DNA of 64,000 nt from Bdellovibrionales bacterium (GTDB lineage: Bacteria; Bdellovibrionota; Bdellovibrionia; Bdellovibrionales; JAMPXM01): positions 64,001 to 128,000 of the forward strand of contig JAYUEN010000386.1 of the NCBI GenBank assembly GCA_043739185.1, in the 5' to 3' direction. Shown piece after piece: positions 17,901 to 27,149 of this stretch. A model generated the notes under the pieces. It saw only the letters and a program-made list of their open reading frames with translations, did no database searches and was not told the DNA's origin. How positions within the stretch are numbered: the stretch's first letter is position 1; the number at the start of each line of letters is the position of its first letter. The position numbers were made by a program, and so were the translations under genes.

Positions 17901-19985
17901 GTGCAAAATGTTTTGAATCCCCTAGGAATTAAACCACAACTCGCAAAATTTCCACGCACGCCGCCACAATTTGCAGTGCGGGCACATGTGCAATCTGGCG
18001 AAAGTATTTGGCTTGGCGACCCGAAGGCCACGCGAGCCATGATTGCGCTTATGGATATGGGTGCTCAGATTGCGGGCGCAGCCAGCCATTATGGTGGGCC
18101 AGCAGCTTTTGCAGAACTAATGTCAGCAACTCATGGGCTAATGGCCTATTTTTCTCAAAAACAACATCAAGAATGGTTCGAGGCTTTTCATTTTGTGAAT
18201 GATGCCGGCCATTGTGAAAATGGTCTTTATGCCCTAAAGGCCAATTACAAAATGGCAGATCTCAGTTTGGATTCATTGAAGAAATTTCGATCTATTGCAA
18301 GCCCCTTGACTGGACATGGCGAAGCTCATCTTTTTCCGCAAGGCGTTTTGGTGAGTAATGGCCCTCTAGGTTCAGGCCTCCCGCAAGCCCAAGGCTTGGC
18401 AATGGGAGATGCCCTTATAAATAAAAAACGTGTTACAATATGTGCACTCTCTGACGGCGGCGCGATGGAGGGCGAAGCAAAAGAAGCCCTCGCGGCCATT
18501 CCGGGATTTGCCCGTCGAGGCAAGCTCGCTCCCTTTGTTTGTATTTTGAGTGACAATAGGACCAAGTTGTCTGGTCGTATTGAAAGTGATGCTTTTTCGA
18601 TGGAGCCAAGTTTTGCAGCGCTCAAGTCATTAGGTTGGCAAGTCATGTTTCTCGAGGATGGTCATCAAATTCAAGCGTGTTTGGCAAGCATTGAAGAAGC
18701 CATCAACCAGGTCAAATTAGATCCTAGCCAGCCAATCATGATTCATGCACGAACCATTAAAGGGAAAGGCCATAAAAAATCTGAAAACTCAGCCAGTGGA
18801 GGACATGGATTCTCTCTTAAGAAAGCCGAAGAACTCGGTGCGTTTTTGACCGAGGTATATGAGGGCGCTGAAATTCCAAAAGAATTTCTCAGCTGGGCAG
18901 AAGAATTAAAGGACTTTGAAAAAAACTTTAAAAAGCCAACGGCCTTTCGTTTTCCGAGAGCTGAATATTTTGGAACCGATGAAAAAATTCAAGTTGGAGT
19001 GGCCAAAGCTCTAATTCAGAAAAGAAAAGCCGGACTTCCCGTAGTTTCGGTTTCTGCCGACTTGCAGGGCTCAACTGGCGTTGCAGACTTTCATAAAGAA
19101 TTTCCTGAATCTTCGCTCGATGTCGGCGTAGCTGAAGCCAATATGATTAGTTCTGCAATCGGCCTGTCGCTTACGGGATTTATTCCGGTAGTCGACACCT
19201 TTGCGCAATTTGGTGCGACCAAGGGTGCCTTGCCGATAGCAATGGCAAGTCTTTCGAATGCTCCTGTCATTGGGATTTTTTCGCATATCGGCTTTCAGGA
19301 TGCGGCCGATGGAGCTTCACACCAAGCACTCAGTTTCTTTGCCCAGCTCTCTTCGATTCCAAATATTGAAATTTATGCGTTAACCTCGAGTCGTGAAGCT
19401 GAAAGTTTGGTGGGTCAAGCGATCGAGGATTTTGCAAAAGCAAGAGCGCGCGGCGAAGCACCTCCGACTCGAATATTTTTTCTCGGTCGAGAAAATTTTC
19501 CTAAAAGTTTTGTGCCCGAAAATATTGACTTTCAGCTGCGAAAATCTCAAATCGTTTTTGACAATACAAAATCATTTTCAAAATCAGTTTGCATTGTGGC
19601 AGCGGGCTCACTCATCAGTGAGGCACTAGAGGCGGCACAAGATTTAACTGCAAGTAAAATCGGCTGCGTCGTCGTCAACCCCGCAATTATCAATCACATT
19701 GACCTTGATACAATGAAATTGGCTTTAGCTAAAACTCGCGCTCAGACGTCAAATCCGGCATTGGTCATTACGCTTGAAGAGCATCGCTCTATAGGTGGCA
19801 TGGGACAAATGTTGTGTCATGCACTCAGCCTAGCAAATGAAAATTTTAAAATGCAAAGTTTGGCGATTGGTGATCATTTCGGTCAAAGTGCATACTCAGC
19901 AAGAGACCTCTATAAGAAACATCATTTGGATTCGACCGCAGTATGTGAAGCCGCCAAACAATTGCTTGAGGCGAACAAACTTTGA
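17901..19985 (+). CDS. Transketolase-like ThDP enzyme, single chain (GTG start after GAGAGG)
   Basis: HYGG, DAGH, GPLGSG, SDGGAMEG..SDN, SADLQGST, GVAEANM, DGASHQ, EEH...GG. Confidence 0.8.
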   Translation: MQNVLNPLGIKPQLAKFPRTPPQFAVRAHVQSGESIWLGDPKATRAMIALMDMGAQIAGAASHYGGPAAFAELMSATHGLMAYFSQKQHQEWFEAFHFVNDAGHCENGLYALKANYKMADLSLDSLKKFRSIASPLTGHGEAHLFPQGVLVSNGPLGSGLPQAQGLAMGDALINKKRVTICALSDGGAMEGEAKEALAAIPGFARRGKLAPFVCILSDNRTKLSGRIESDAFSMEPSFAALKSLGWQVMFLEDGHQIQACLASIEEAINQVKLDPSQPIMIHARTIKGKGHKKSENSASGGHGFSLKKAEELGAFLTEVYEGAEIPKEFLSWAEELKDFEKNFKKPTAFRFPRAEYFGTDEKIQVGVAKALIQKRKAGLPVVSVSADLQGSTGVADFHKEFPESSLDVGVAEANMISSAIGLSLTGFIPVVDTFAQFGATKGALPIAMASLSNAPVIGIFSHIGFQDAADGASHQALSFFAQLSSIPNIEIYALTSSREAESLVGQAIEDFAKARARGEAPPTRIFFLGRENFPKSFVPENIDFQLRKSQIVFDNTKSFSKSVCIVAAGSLISEALEAAQDLTASKIGCVVVNPAIINHIDLDTMKLALAKTRAQTSNPALVITLEEHRSIGGMGQMLCHALSLANENFKMQSLAIGDHFGQSAYSARDLYKKHHLDSTAVCEAAKQLLEANKL

Positions 19986-21028
19986 TACAAGCCAAAGCTT
20001 ATGCTGCGCAAAGTGCGAATTCGCCTCTAACTCCAATTGAGTTTCAGCGTCGCGATGTTGGAGTAAATGACGTACTCATTCATATCGATTACTGCGGAGT
20101 TTGCCATTCTGATATTCACTCCGCCCGAAATGAATGGGGTGGAGCTCAGTATCCTTTGATTCCGGGTCATGAAATTGTGGGCCATATTATCCGCGTTGGA
20201 GCTAAAGTCACAAAATTCAAAGTGGGGGATATTGCTGGGGTTGGCTGTATGGTCGATTCTTGCCGAAGTTGTCCGAGCTGTGAAAAACACCTCGAGCAGT
20301 TTTGTGACAAGGGCGCGATCTTTACTTATAACAGTCCAGAAAAAAATATGCGGACACCTACTTACGGTGGATACTCCTCGCAAATTGTTACCGATGAAAA
20401 TTTTGTTTTGAAAATTTCGCCAAAACTAGATCTGGCGCGAGTGGCGCCCTTACTTTGTGCCGGAATTACAACCTATTCGCCTCTTAAACATTGGAAGGTG
20501 AAAAAGGGTGATCGCGTAGGCGTAGTCGGCCTCGGTGGGCTTGGCCATATGGCTGTTAAAATTGCAGTTTCAATGGGAGCCGAAGTGACTATGCTTTCAA
20601 CTTCAAGTTCAAAAGAAGCAGACGCCATGAAGTTGGGCGCACATAAATTTGCAAATACCAACGACGCGAAGAGTTTTCAAACCTATGCAAATTATTTTGA
20701 TTTAATTATTAATACGATTTCAGCGCAACACGATTACGGTAAATTTCTCAGTATGATCAATATTGACGGCACCATGGTTTTACTTGGCATCCCGCCAAAG
20801 CCTACAGAGGTGCACGCGTTTTCATTCATTGGCAGAAGAAGAAGTCTCGCCGGCTCACTTATCGGCGGAATTCAAGAGACTCAAGAAATGTTAGATTATT
20901 GCGCTGAGAAAAATATTTTATCAGATATTGAATTGATAAATATTGATCAAATTAATTCAGCTTATGAGCGAATGATCAAGGGAGATGTGCGCTATCGCTT
21001 TGTCATCAACATGAAGTCGCTGAAATAA
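19982..21028 (+). CDS. NADP-dependent Zn alcohol dehydrogenase (CAD/YahK-like)
   Basis: CGVCHSD, GHEIVG, structural Zn Cys cluster, GLGGLG, RYRFVI. Confidence 0.93.
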   Translation: MIQAKAYAAQSANSPLTPIEFQRRDVGVNDVLIHIDYCGVCHSDIHSARNEWGGAQYPLIPGHEIVGHIIRVGAKVTKFKVGDIAGVGCMVDSCRSCPSCEKHLEQFCDKGAIFTYNSPEKNMRTPTYGGYSSQIVTDENFVLKISPKLDLARVAPLLCAGITTYSPLKHWKVKKGDRVGVVGLGGLGHMAVKIAVSMGAEVTMLSTSSSKEADAMKLGAHKFANTNDAKSFQTYANYFDLIINTISAQHDYGKFLSMINIDGTMVLLGIPPKPTEVHAFSFIGRRRSLAGSLIGGIQETQEMLDYCAEKNILSDIELINIDQINSAYERMIKGDVRYRFVINMKSLK

Positions 21029-21030
21029 GC

Positions 21031-21405
21031 TTATTTTATCAAATAGCAAACATACCGAGAGTTGGTACTATCATCGCCATGAGTTCGGATTGCCATTAAG
21101 CCTTGAGGAGCGCCATTGAGTAAATCAGCTTGCAAGAAAGCTTCACGCAGTCCCTCGTCGCTTTCTTCATAAACAAAACGTCGTTCAATGTGAGAGCGGC
21201 CAATATAATTGCGATCAATATCCGCAAGATCTTTTTGGAGGCGAATTTTATCATCCATATTATTAACATTAACTGTGATTAAAATTTTATAGCCATCACT
21301 TACTGCAATACATTTATAATTATGACTTAGTTTGTATTGCCCACCTGCGTGCGAAAAAGAAGTGAAAACGAGAAAACTTAAAAAAGCTAAAGCCAGATGT
21401 TTCAT
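21031..21405 (-). CDS. Secreted hypothetical protein
   Basis: Signal peptide ending SHA; GAGG RBS. Confidence 0.7.
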   Translation of the reverse strand: MKHLALAFLSFLVFTSFSHAGGQYKLSHNYKCIAVSDGYKILITVNVNNMDDKIRLQKDLADIDRNYIGRSHIERRFVYEESDEGLREAFLQADLLNGAPQGLMAIRTHGDDSTNSRYVCYLIK

Positions 21406-21625
21406 AATGCCTCAATTCCTCTTTTAGATATGAGAAATTATATAAAATTTAGACTAAGCTTACTAATGTTTGCCCGGAATCTTAACATTCACAAAGCGAA
21501 TGACAGATGAATTAAGAATTCAGTTCTCAAACTATAGGTCGAATGCTATAATTAGAAGCTATAGAAACAAACTACAGATTTACAACTGTAGCTGAAAGTA
21601 AAAATATCATTTTTGGGGAGTCATT

Positions 21626-21865
21626 ATGGGTCTATCACCAATGCATTTAATCTTAATCTTGGGCGTGGTCTTATTGCTTTTTGGACCAAGTCGTCTCCCA
21701 GGACTAGGAAAAGGTATCGGCGAAGCGATACGCGGATTTAAGAAGGGCCTCGAGGGCGATGAAATTGATGTCACTCCAAAAAACCCAAATGATCAGATCA
21801 ATGCAGCTCATTCAGAAGACTTGAGACAAGATAAAACCCAGTCTAAAACTAAACAGGACTCTTAA
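21626..21865 (+). CDS. tatA: Twin-arginine translocase TatA
   Basis: LLFGPSRLPGLGKGIGEAIRGFKKG. Confidence 0.93.
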   Translation: MGLSPMHLILILGVVLLLFGPSRLPGLGKGIGEAIRGFKKGLEGDEIDVTPKNPNDQINAAHSEDLRQDKTQSKTKQDS

Positions 21866-21866
21866 A

Positions 21867-23117
21867 TTATTCGGTTTTAAGGCTTTCAGTTGCGGCAACA
21901 GGTCTTTTTCGTCGGCGACGAGGTCGAGCTGGGCGCCGAGGGCCATCAGTCTTTTTCAAATCTGGAGCAATTTCTCGGGCAGCGTTTCTCCAAAATGCGA
22001 TATCCTGAGGAGAAATTTCGTAATTCACTTCAACTAACTTTAGTGAAAACTCAAAACTCTCATTGCGAAAAATCGACATCAGCCTTCTTGGTCCACGTTT
22101 TTTGAGCAGAGAGGTTTTTTGCAGCATTCCACTCAATTGCAAAGTATGCCCAAGGAAACTTTGTTCCAATTTAAACATTCCAAGTTCGTTTCTTAAAAAG
22201 TTCTGCATATTTTCGGCTCGCATCTGGGAACTCGTAGGCCAGTCCCCATCCGTTGTTGCGTACGCACTTGCAAGTACGAGCCAACTTAATAAGTGATGAG
22301 GTTCACTCTGATCAATCACCAATTCTTTAAATTGCATTAAATAAAATTCAAAGTTTTCGCGATGAGTATCATTCAAGAACAAAGAGTGAAGGTAGGGCGA
22401 AAGATGCTCAAGAATACCAAGATCAAAAGCTTCGGCAAAGGCTAAAAAGCTCTCGTGAAGTCTTAGTAATTTCAAAATTTCTTCGCGCCGTCTGGGCAAA
22501 ACACTTTGCGCAATACTTGCAGCATTTCGTTGCATCGAAGCGCGCAGATTTTCGTCTAATACCAATTCGAGTTTATGGGCAAATCTCAATGCACGCAAAA
22601 GTCGAATTGGGTCTTCTACTAAGCGCACGTCTGGATCCCCAATCATGCGGAGAGTGCGCGTCTCGATATCTTTCATTGCGGCTACAAAGTCGATCAAATC
22701 GTTGCGGACAGGATCATAAAATAAGGCATTGATCGTAAAATCCCGGCGCTTGGCATCCTCTTCGGGAGTTCCAAAGGTATTGTCTCCGAGTGGCGCTTCG
22801 CCTTCAGGAAGAGAGTCGTCGATCTTCGTTTCGCTTCTAAAAGTTGCAATTTCAAACTGCTGAGCGTCTCTCTTGGCCAATACCAACAAAAAGCGCCGAC
22901 CAATAATATAGGAATTATAAATCAAATTCTTTATCTGCTTTGGCTGGGCAAGAGTCGCTATATCATAGTCTTTTGGGTGAAGTCCCAAAAGTAGATCACG
23001 TACACAGCCACCAACAAGATAGCTCTCAAAGCCGGCACGCTGTAATGCCTTTACGATTCCGAAGGCGTGGGGATCAATCCAATCTTGATGCAAATGTGGT
23101 TTGTGTGAAACTTCCAT
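21867..23117 (-). CDS. pcnB: Poly(A) polymerase / nucleotidyltransferase
   Basis: LVGGCVRDLL, KDYDIAT, IGRRF, RRDFTINAL, EDPIRLLRA, Arg-rich tail. Confidence 0.88.
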   Translation of the reverse strand: MEVSHKPHLHQDWIDPHAFGIVKALQRAGFESYLVGGCVRDLLLGLHPKDYDIATLAQPKQIKNLIYNSYIIGRRFLLVLAKRDAQQFEIATFRSETKIDDSLPEGEAPLGDNTFGTPEEDAKRRDFTINALFYDPVRNDLIDFVAAMKDIETRTLRMIGDPDVRLVEDPIRLLRALRFAHKLELVLDENLRASMQRNAASIAQSVLPRRREEILKLLRLHESFLAFAEAFDLGILEHLSPYLHSLFLNDTHRENFEFYLMQFKELVIDQSEPHHLLSWLVLASAYATTDGDWPTSSQMRAENMQNFLRNELGMFKLEQSFLGHTLQLSGMLQKTSLLKKRGPRRLMSIFRNESFEFSLKLVEVNYEISPQDIAFWRNAAREIAPDLKKTDGPRRPARPRRRRKRPVAATESLKTE

Positions 23118-23202
23118 GTTGAATTCGTCAAACTCCTAGACCTCGATTATAACGAGATGCTGGGTCATGACAAGAAACATCCTGGTGATTTAGACTACTC
23201 CA

Positions 23203-24027
23203 ATGAATTTTTCGCCGAATTACCTTAAAAACTTTCACTATCAATTGCTTGGAGTAGAGAATTCGCCTCGCAAATTGGTATTTCTTCATGGGCTGATGGG
23301 TTTTGGCGTGAATTGGATGAAAATAACTCCCGCCTTTACCGCTACTCATCAAATTCTCATTTATGACCAAAGAGGACATGGCAGATCTTTTCAGCCGCAA
23401 ACAGGTTATTCCCCAAAGGACTATGCCGAAGATTTGCGCAAGATTCTAGATGAACTTGAGTGGCAAAAAGTTGAATTGGTAGGGCATTCAATGGGTGGTA
23501 GAAATGCTTTGGAGTTTACCCATACTTATCCACAGAGAGTTGAAAAGTTGGTAGTTGAAGATATTGGTCCATCGATGAATCAGTATGGTTCGAGCTTTAT
23601 TAGTAGTCTGCTCGATTTTATACCCACGCCTTTTGAAAATCGGGCTACAGCCAAGCAGTTTTTCGAAATCGATTTCATTCAAAAGTATGCAAATATCTCA
23701 AACCCTAAGGGACTTGCCTTATTTCTTACCGCTAACCTCAAAGAAGGCCCTGATAAGCGACTCAGCTGGAAGTTTTATCTTCCCGGAATTCGCGAGAGCC
23801 TTATTCAGGGTCGTGCTGAAGAGCGCTGGCACGAAATTGAGGCCTTAAAGATGCCGACGCTCTGGATACACGGAGAAAACTCGCAAGATCTAAAGCGTGA
23901 TGTTTATGAGGAAATATTGCGAAGAAACCCGCGAATTGTGGGTGTTGAAATTAAAAATGCAGGGCATTGGGTTCACAGTGACCAGCCTGAAGATTTTATT
24001 GCAACATTACTTGGCTTTTTAGGATAG
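23203..24027 (+). CDS. Alpha/beta hydrolase (YbfF-like)
   Basis: HGLMG, DQRGHG, GHSMGG, AGHWVH. Confidence 0.88.
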   Translation: MNFSPNYLKNFHYQLLGVENSPRKLVFLHGLMGFGVNWMKITPAFTATHQILIYDQRGHGRSFQPQTGYSPKDYAEDLRKILDELEWQKVELVGHSMGGRNALEFTHTYPQRVEKLVVEDIGPSMNQYGSSFISSLLDFIPTPFENRATAKQFFEIDFIQKYANISNPKGLALFLTANLKEGPDKRLSWKFYLPGIRESLIQGRAEERWHEIEALKMPTLWIHGENSQDLKRDVYEEILRRNPRIVGVEIKNAGHWVHSDQPEDFIATLLGFLG

Positions 24028-24076
24028 TTGCTATAGATTTTGTGCCTGGCAACATGACGCGATCGAGGGACTTGTT

Positions 24077-25795
24077 TTGAAATTTTCTGAGCTCCATCTT
24101 CATCCTCTTTTAGAGGCAGCAATCGAAAAGTCGAAATTTACGGAGTGCACACCTGTTCAGGCGGCAACCATTCCTCACGTTTTAGATGCGAAAGATGTCG
24201 CAGGACTTGCACAAACTGGGACGGGTAAAACCGCTGCCTTCTTGCTTCCACTTATGGATCGAATTTTGCGCAGCCAAGAGGCCGGTCGTGAAAATTCAAA
24301 TCCAGAAGAAGCAGCTAAGACACCTGAATATCCGACGCGTATTTTTCGCGAATGGCATAATCGTCATTTTGTTTTGATTTTGGTTCCGACCAGAGAGCTG
24401 GCTGAGCAGGTCTATGAAAATATCAATACCTTAAAAGGCGAAGCCAAACTACGTGCGGTTTCAATTTACGGCGGAGTTTCTTACGACAAACAAAAGTCCG
24501 CCCTCAAAGAAGGTGTCGAATTTATTGTTGCGACCCCGGGCCGATTGCTTGATCTCTACAAAGAACATTTAATTGATCTTAAAGGTGTACGCGCCATCGT
24601 TTTTGATGAAGCCGATCGCATGTTTGATATGGGCTTTAAAGACGATATGAAATACATTTTGAGCCGCGTCCCCAAAGAGCGCCAGTTTTTGGTTTTCTCT
24701 GCAACTTTGAATCTAGATGTGATGAATACGGCCTATCAATATGGAGCCAATCCGGTTGATATCGATGTCAGTCGTGATCAAGCCAAAGCCGAGAACGTGG
24801 TTGATAAAATATTTCATGTCGGAAGTAACGAGAAGCCACAATATTTGCTTTCACTCTTATTAAAACATAAGCCAAAGCAGACAATTATTTTTAGTAATTT
24901 TAAAATGAATGTGCCGAGGGTTTCGCAATTTCTAAATGAAAATGGACATCCTTCAGTCGGAATTTCAAGCCTGATTACACAGGCACAGCGCAATCGCGTG
25001 ATGAGCCAATTCAAGTCAGACAATGATCAGAACATTTTGGTGGCGACAGATGTTGCGGCCCGTGGCCTTGATATCAAAGGCGTCGATATGGTCATTAATT
25101 TTGAGTTGCCTGATGATCCCGAAAATTATGTTCATCGAATTGGTCGAACCGGCCGTGCAGGCGCGAGCGGTCTTGCTTTTAGTTTTGTTTCAGATCGCGA
25201 TGTCGATGCCCTGAAACGCGTTGAAGATTATCTTCGTCACAAAGTAGATGTTGCATGGCTTGAAGATGCTGAGATCATCAAAGACTTCAGACCCCTTCCG
25301 AGCGATCGTCCGCAAAGATCAGGTCCTCCGCCAAGAAGTAGTGGTGGCAGTGGTCGCGAGCGTGAAGGTGGCGGACGAGATCGATTTAGTCGACGTCCCC
25401 CGCGCGGCGATCGGCCACCACAAGGTGATCGCCCTCCCCAAAGAGCTGACCAAAGAACTGATAGTCGAAATGACAATCGCGGCGAACAGCGTAATGATCG
25501 GGGTCCAAACAATTCTCAGCGTCCGCAAGCTCGTGGTCCGAGACAAGGCCAGCGAGATTATCGCGACAATGACCGAAATGCGAGTGGCAGCGGAGGTGGC
25601 AGACCAGGGCCACGCCAAAATCCAAATCAGAATCCAAGTGCACGCAGGCCTTCTGGCCCCCCAAGAAATTCACAAAATGCGGGCGGCTCATCGCGACCTC
25701 CACATAATAAAAATCAAAAACCCATGGCAACAAAGCCGGCACCAAGCATAGGGCAAAAAGTTACCGGATTTTTCAAGCGCCTATTTGGCGAATAG
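24077..25795 (+). CDS. DEAD-box RNA helicase with long disordered tail
   Basis: AQTGTGKT, PTRELA, TPGR, DEAD, SAT, ARGLD, HRIGRTGR. Confidence 0.95.
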   Translation: MKFSELHLHPLLEAAIEKSKFTECTPVQAATIPHVLDAKDVAGLAQTGTGKTAAFLLPLMDRILRSQEAGRENSNPEEAAKTPEYPTRIFREWHNRHFVLILVPTRELAEQVYENINTLKGEAKLRAVSIYGGVSYDKQKSALKEGVEFIVATPGRLLDLYKEHLIDLKGVRAIVFDEADRMFDMGFKDDMKYILSRVPKERQFLVFSATLNLDVMNTAYQYGANPVDIDVSRDQAKAENVVDKIFHVGSNEKPQYLLSLLLKHKPKQTIIFSNFKMNVPRVSQFLNENGHPSVGISSLITQAQRNRVMSQFKSDNDQNILVATDVAARGLDIKGVDMVINFELPDDPENYVHRIGRTGRAGASGLAFSFVSDRDVDALKRVEDYLRHKVDVAWLEDAEIIKDFRPLPSDRPQRSGPPPRSSGGSGREREGGGRDRFSRRPPRGDRPPQGDRPPQRADQRTDSRNDNRGEQRNDRGPNNSQRPQARGPRQGQRDYRDNDRNASGSGGGRPGPRQNPNQNPSARRPSGPPRNSQNAGGSSRPPHNKNQKPMATKPAPSIGQKVTGFFKRLFGE

Positions 25796-25812
25796 TAATC
25801 TCATCTAGGTAG

Positions 25813-25851
25813 TCTGAAATTATACAACCTCCCAGGTTGTATTTTTTCAGA
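25813..25851 (+). terminator. 18-3-18 palindrome (family 2), probable intrinsic terminator
   Basis: TCTGAAATTATACAACCT-ccc-AGGTTGTATTTTTTCAGA just after the helicase stop. Confidence 0.65.
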
Positions 25852-25949
25852 GTGCCACAATTTGTTTGTATCAAGCGCCTAAGCCGCGAAAACACTGATT
25901 GAGCTGGCATAAATCCTGCTTTTGAAAACTCACTTTGGAGAACAACCGA

Positions 25950-26936
25950 ATGAGTTTTCGATGGGTCGTTATTTTAATACTACTCAGCTTTTCAAAGGCT
26001 TGGAGTGCAGACTTTATCTGGGATGAAAATCCTGATCGACAGGCGCTTACAACTTTGCAAAATACACGCGGCCTCAAAGTCTTTTGGTGGAATATTCATG
26101 ACGGCAGACCTGCGAAAGCGCCGACCCCTGACTTGAGCAAAAATTTACTCACGCTCATAAATTCTGAGCTCGCTCCCGATATTCTCAGTTTTGCTGAGTA
26201 TCAGGAACAATCAATTGGCTCTGAAGCGCTTTCGGAATTGCGCGCGAAATACCCGTTTAACATGAGCTGGAGCTATCCTTATCATGAAGGATTTGGGCTG
26301 GCCCTGTTTAGCCGTTATCCGATCACGCTAACAAAAATATCAGCGCTCGATGTTGCCTCTTTGAGCCCAATGAGTAGCGATGAGCAAGAGCAGTATCGCA
26401 ACTTTTGGTGTGGCTCAGATATAGGTTGTACGAGACTATTTACAAGCTTTGATATCGATGTATTGGGAAACAATATTCAAATTGTACCGGTGCATTTGTT
26501 TGATGTTTGGAGACGGTACAGTCAACTCAATGGTCGCATCAAAACGGCGAGAGAAATTGCTTTTGGAAAAGACAATCCATTAGCCAATCAGCTGAGCCGC
26601 TTTTTAAATATGCTCAATGAAAAATTACTCCCACAAGTGCAGGTCCCAGCAACAATTGTAATCGGCGACTTTAATATTCCCCGGGCCCTGGTGGGAGTTC
26701 ATCCAAAAATGTACAAGAGTCTCAAGCAGAATTTAGTCGAAGTTTTTAGTGAAGATACTACGAGTTTTCCGGCGAAGTCGGCAGATGAAAGAGGACATTA
26801 TCCGCAAATGCAAATTGACCACGCCTTCTTAGCTGGCAATCTTCAAAGCTCAGGTGCTCAAATTCTCCCGCTCAAGGGCTCGGACCACTATCCTATATAT
26901 ATGGTTGTTTCGACGCCAGCTTTTCAATCTAAGTAA
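25950..26936 (+). CDS. Secreted endonuclease/exonuclease/phosphatase-family protein
   Basis: Signal peptide; WNI, AE, GDFN, IDH, GSDHYP. Confidence 0.85.
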   Translation: MSFRWVVILILLSFSKAWSADFIWDENPDRQALTTLQNTRGLKVFWWNIHDGRPAKAPTPDLSKNLLTLINSELAPDILSFAEYQEQSIGSEALSELRAKYPFNMSWSYPYHEGFGLALFSRYPITLTKISALDVASLSPMSSDEQEQYRNFWCGSDIGCTRLFTSFDIDVLGNNIQIVPVHLFDVWRRYSQLNGRIKTAREIAFGKDNPLANQLSRFLNMLNEKLLPQVQVPATIVIGDFNIPRALVGVHPKMYKSLKQNLVEVFSEDTTSFPAKSADERGHYPQMQIDHAFLAGNLQSSGAQILPLKGSDHYPIYMVVSTPAFQSK

Positions 26937-27085
26937 TTCGTAAATTGGCAACTTCGTTTAGAAGTTAGCCAGAGCCTAAAATGAGCCAAGCTCTGTCAAT
27001 TCGATCCATTAAAAATAAGTTATGAGATTTAGAGAACATAAGTCGTTCGATCTATAAGAGTTTCTCACATTCAAAGTGAAATTTT

Positions 27086-27100
27086 TGGCACATAGATTGA
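27086..27100 (+). promoter_or_regulatory. Possible sigma-54 promoter
   Basis: TGGCAC-N5-TTGA; correct spacing, but the -12 has GA instead of GC. Confidence 0.4.
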
Positions 27101-27149
27101 ACTATATCAATTCGTTATCAATTAATTTATTTAATGGAAGGATCAATTT

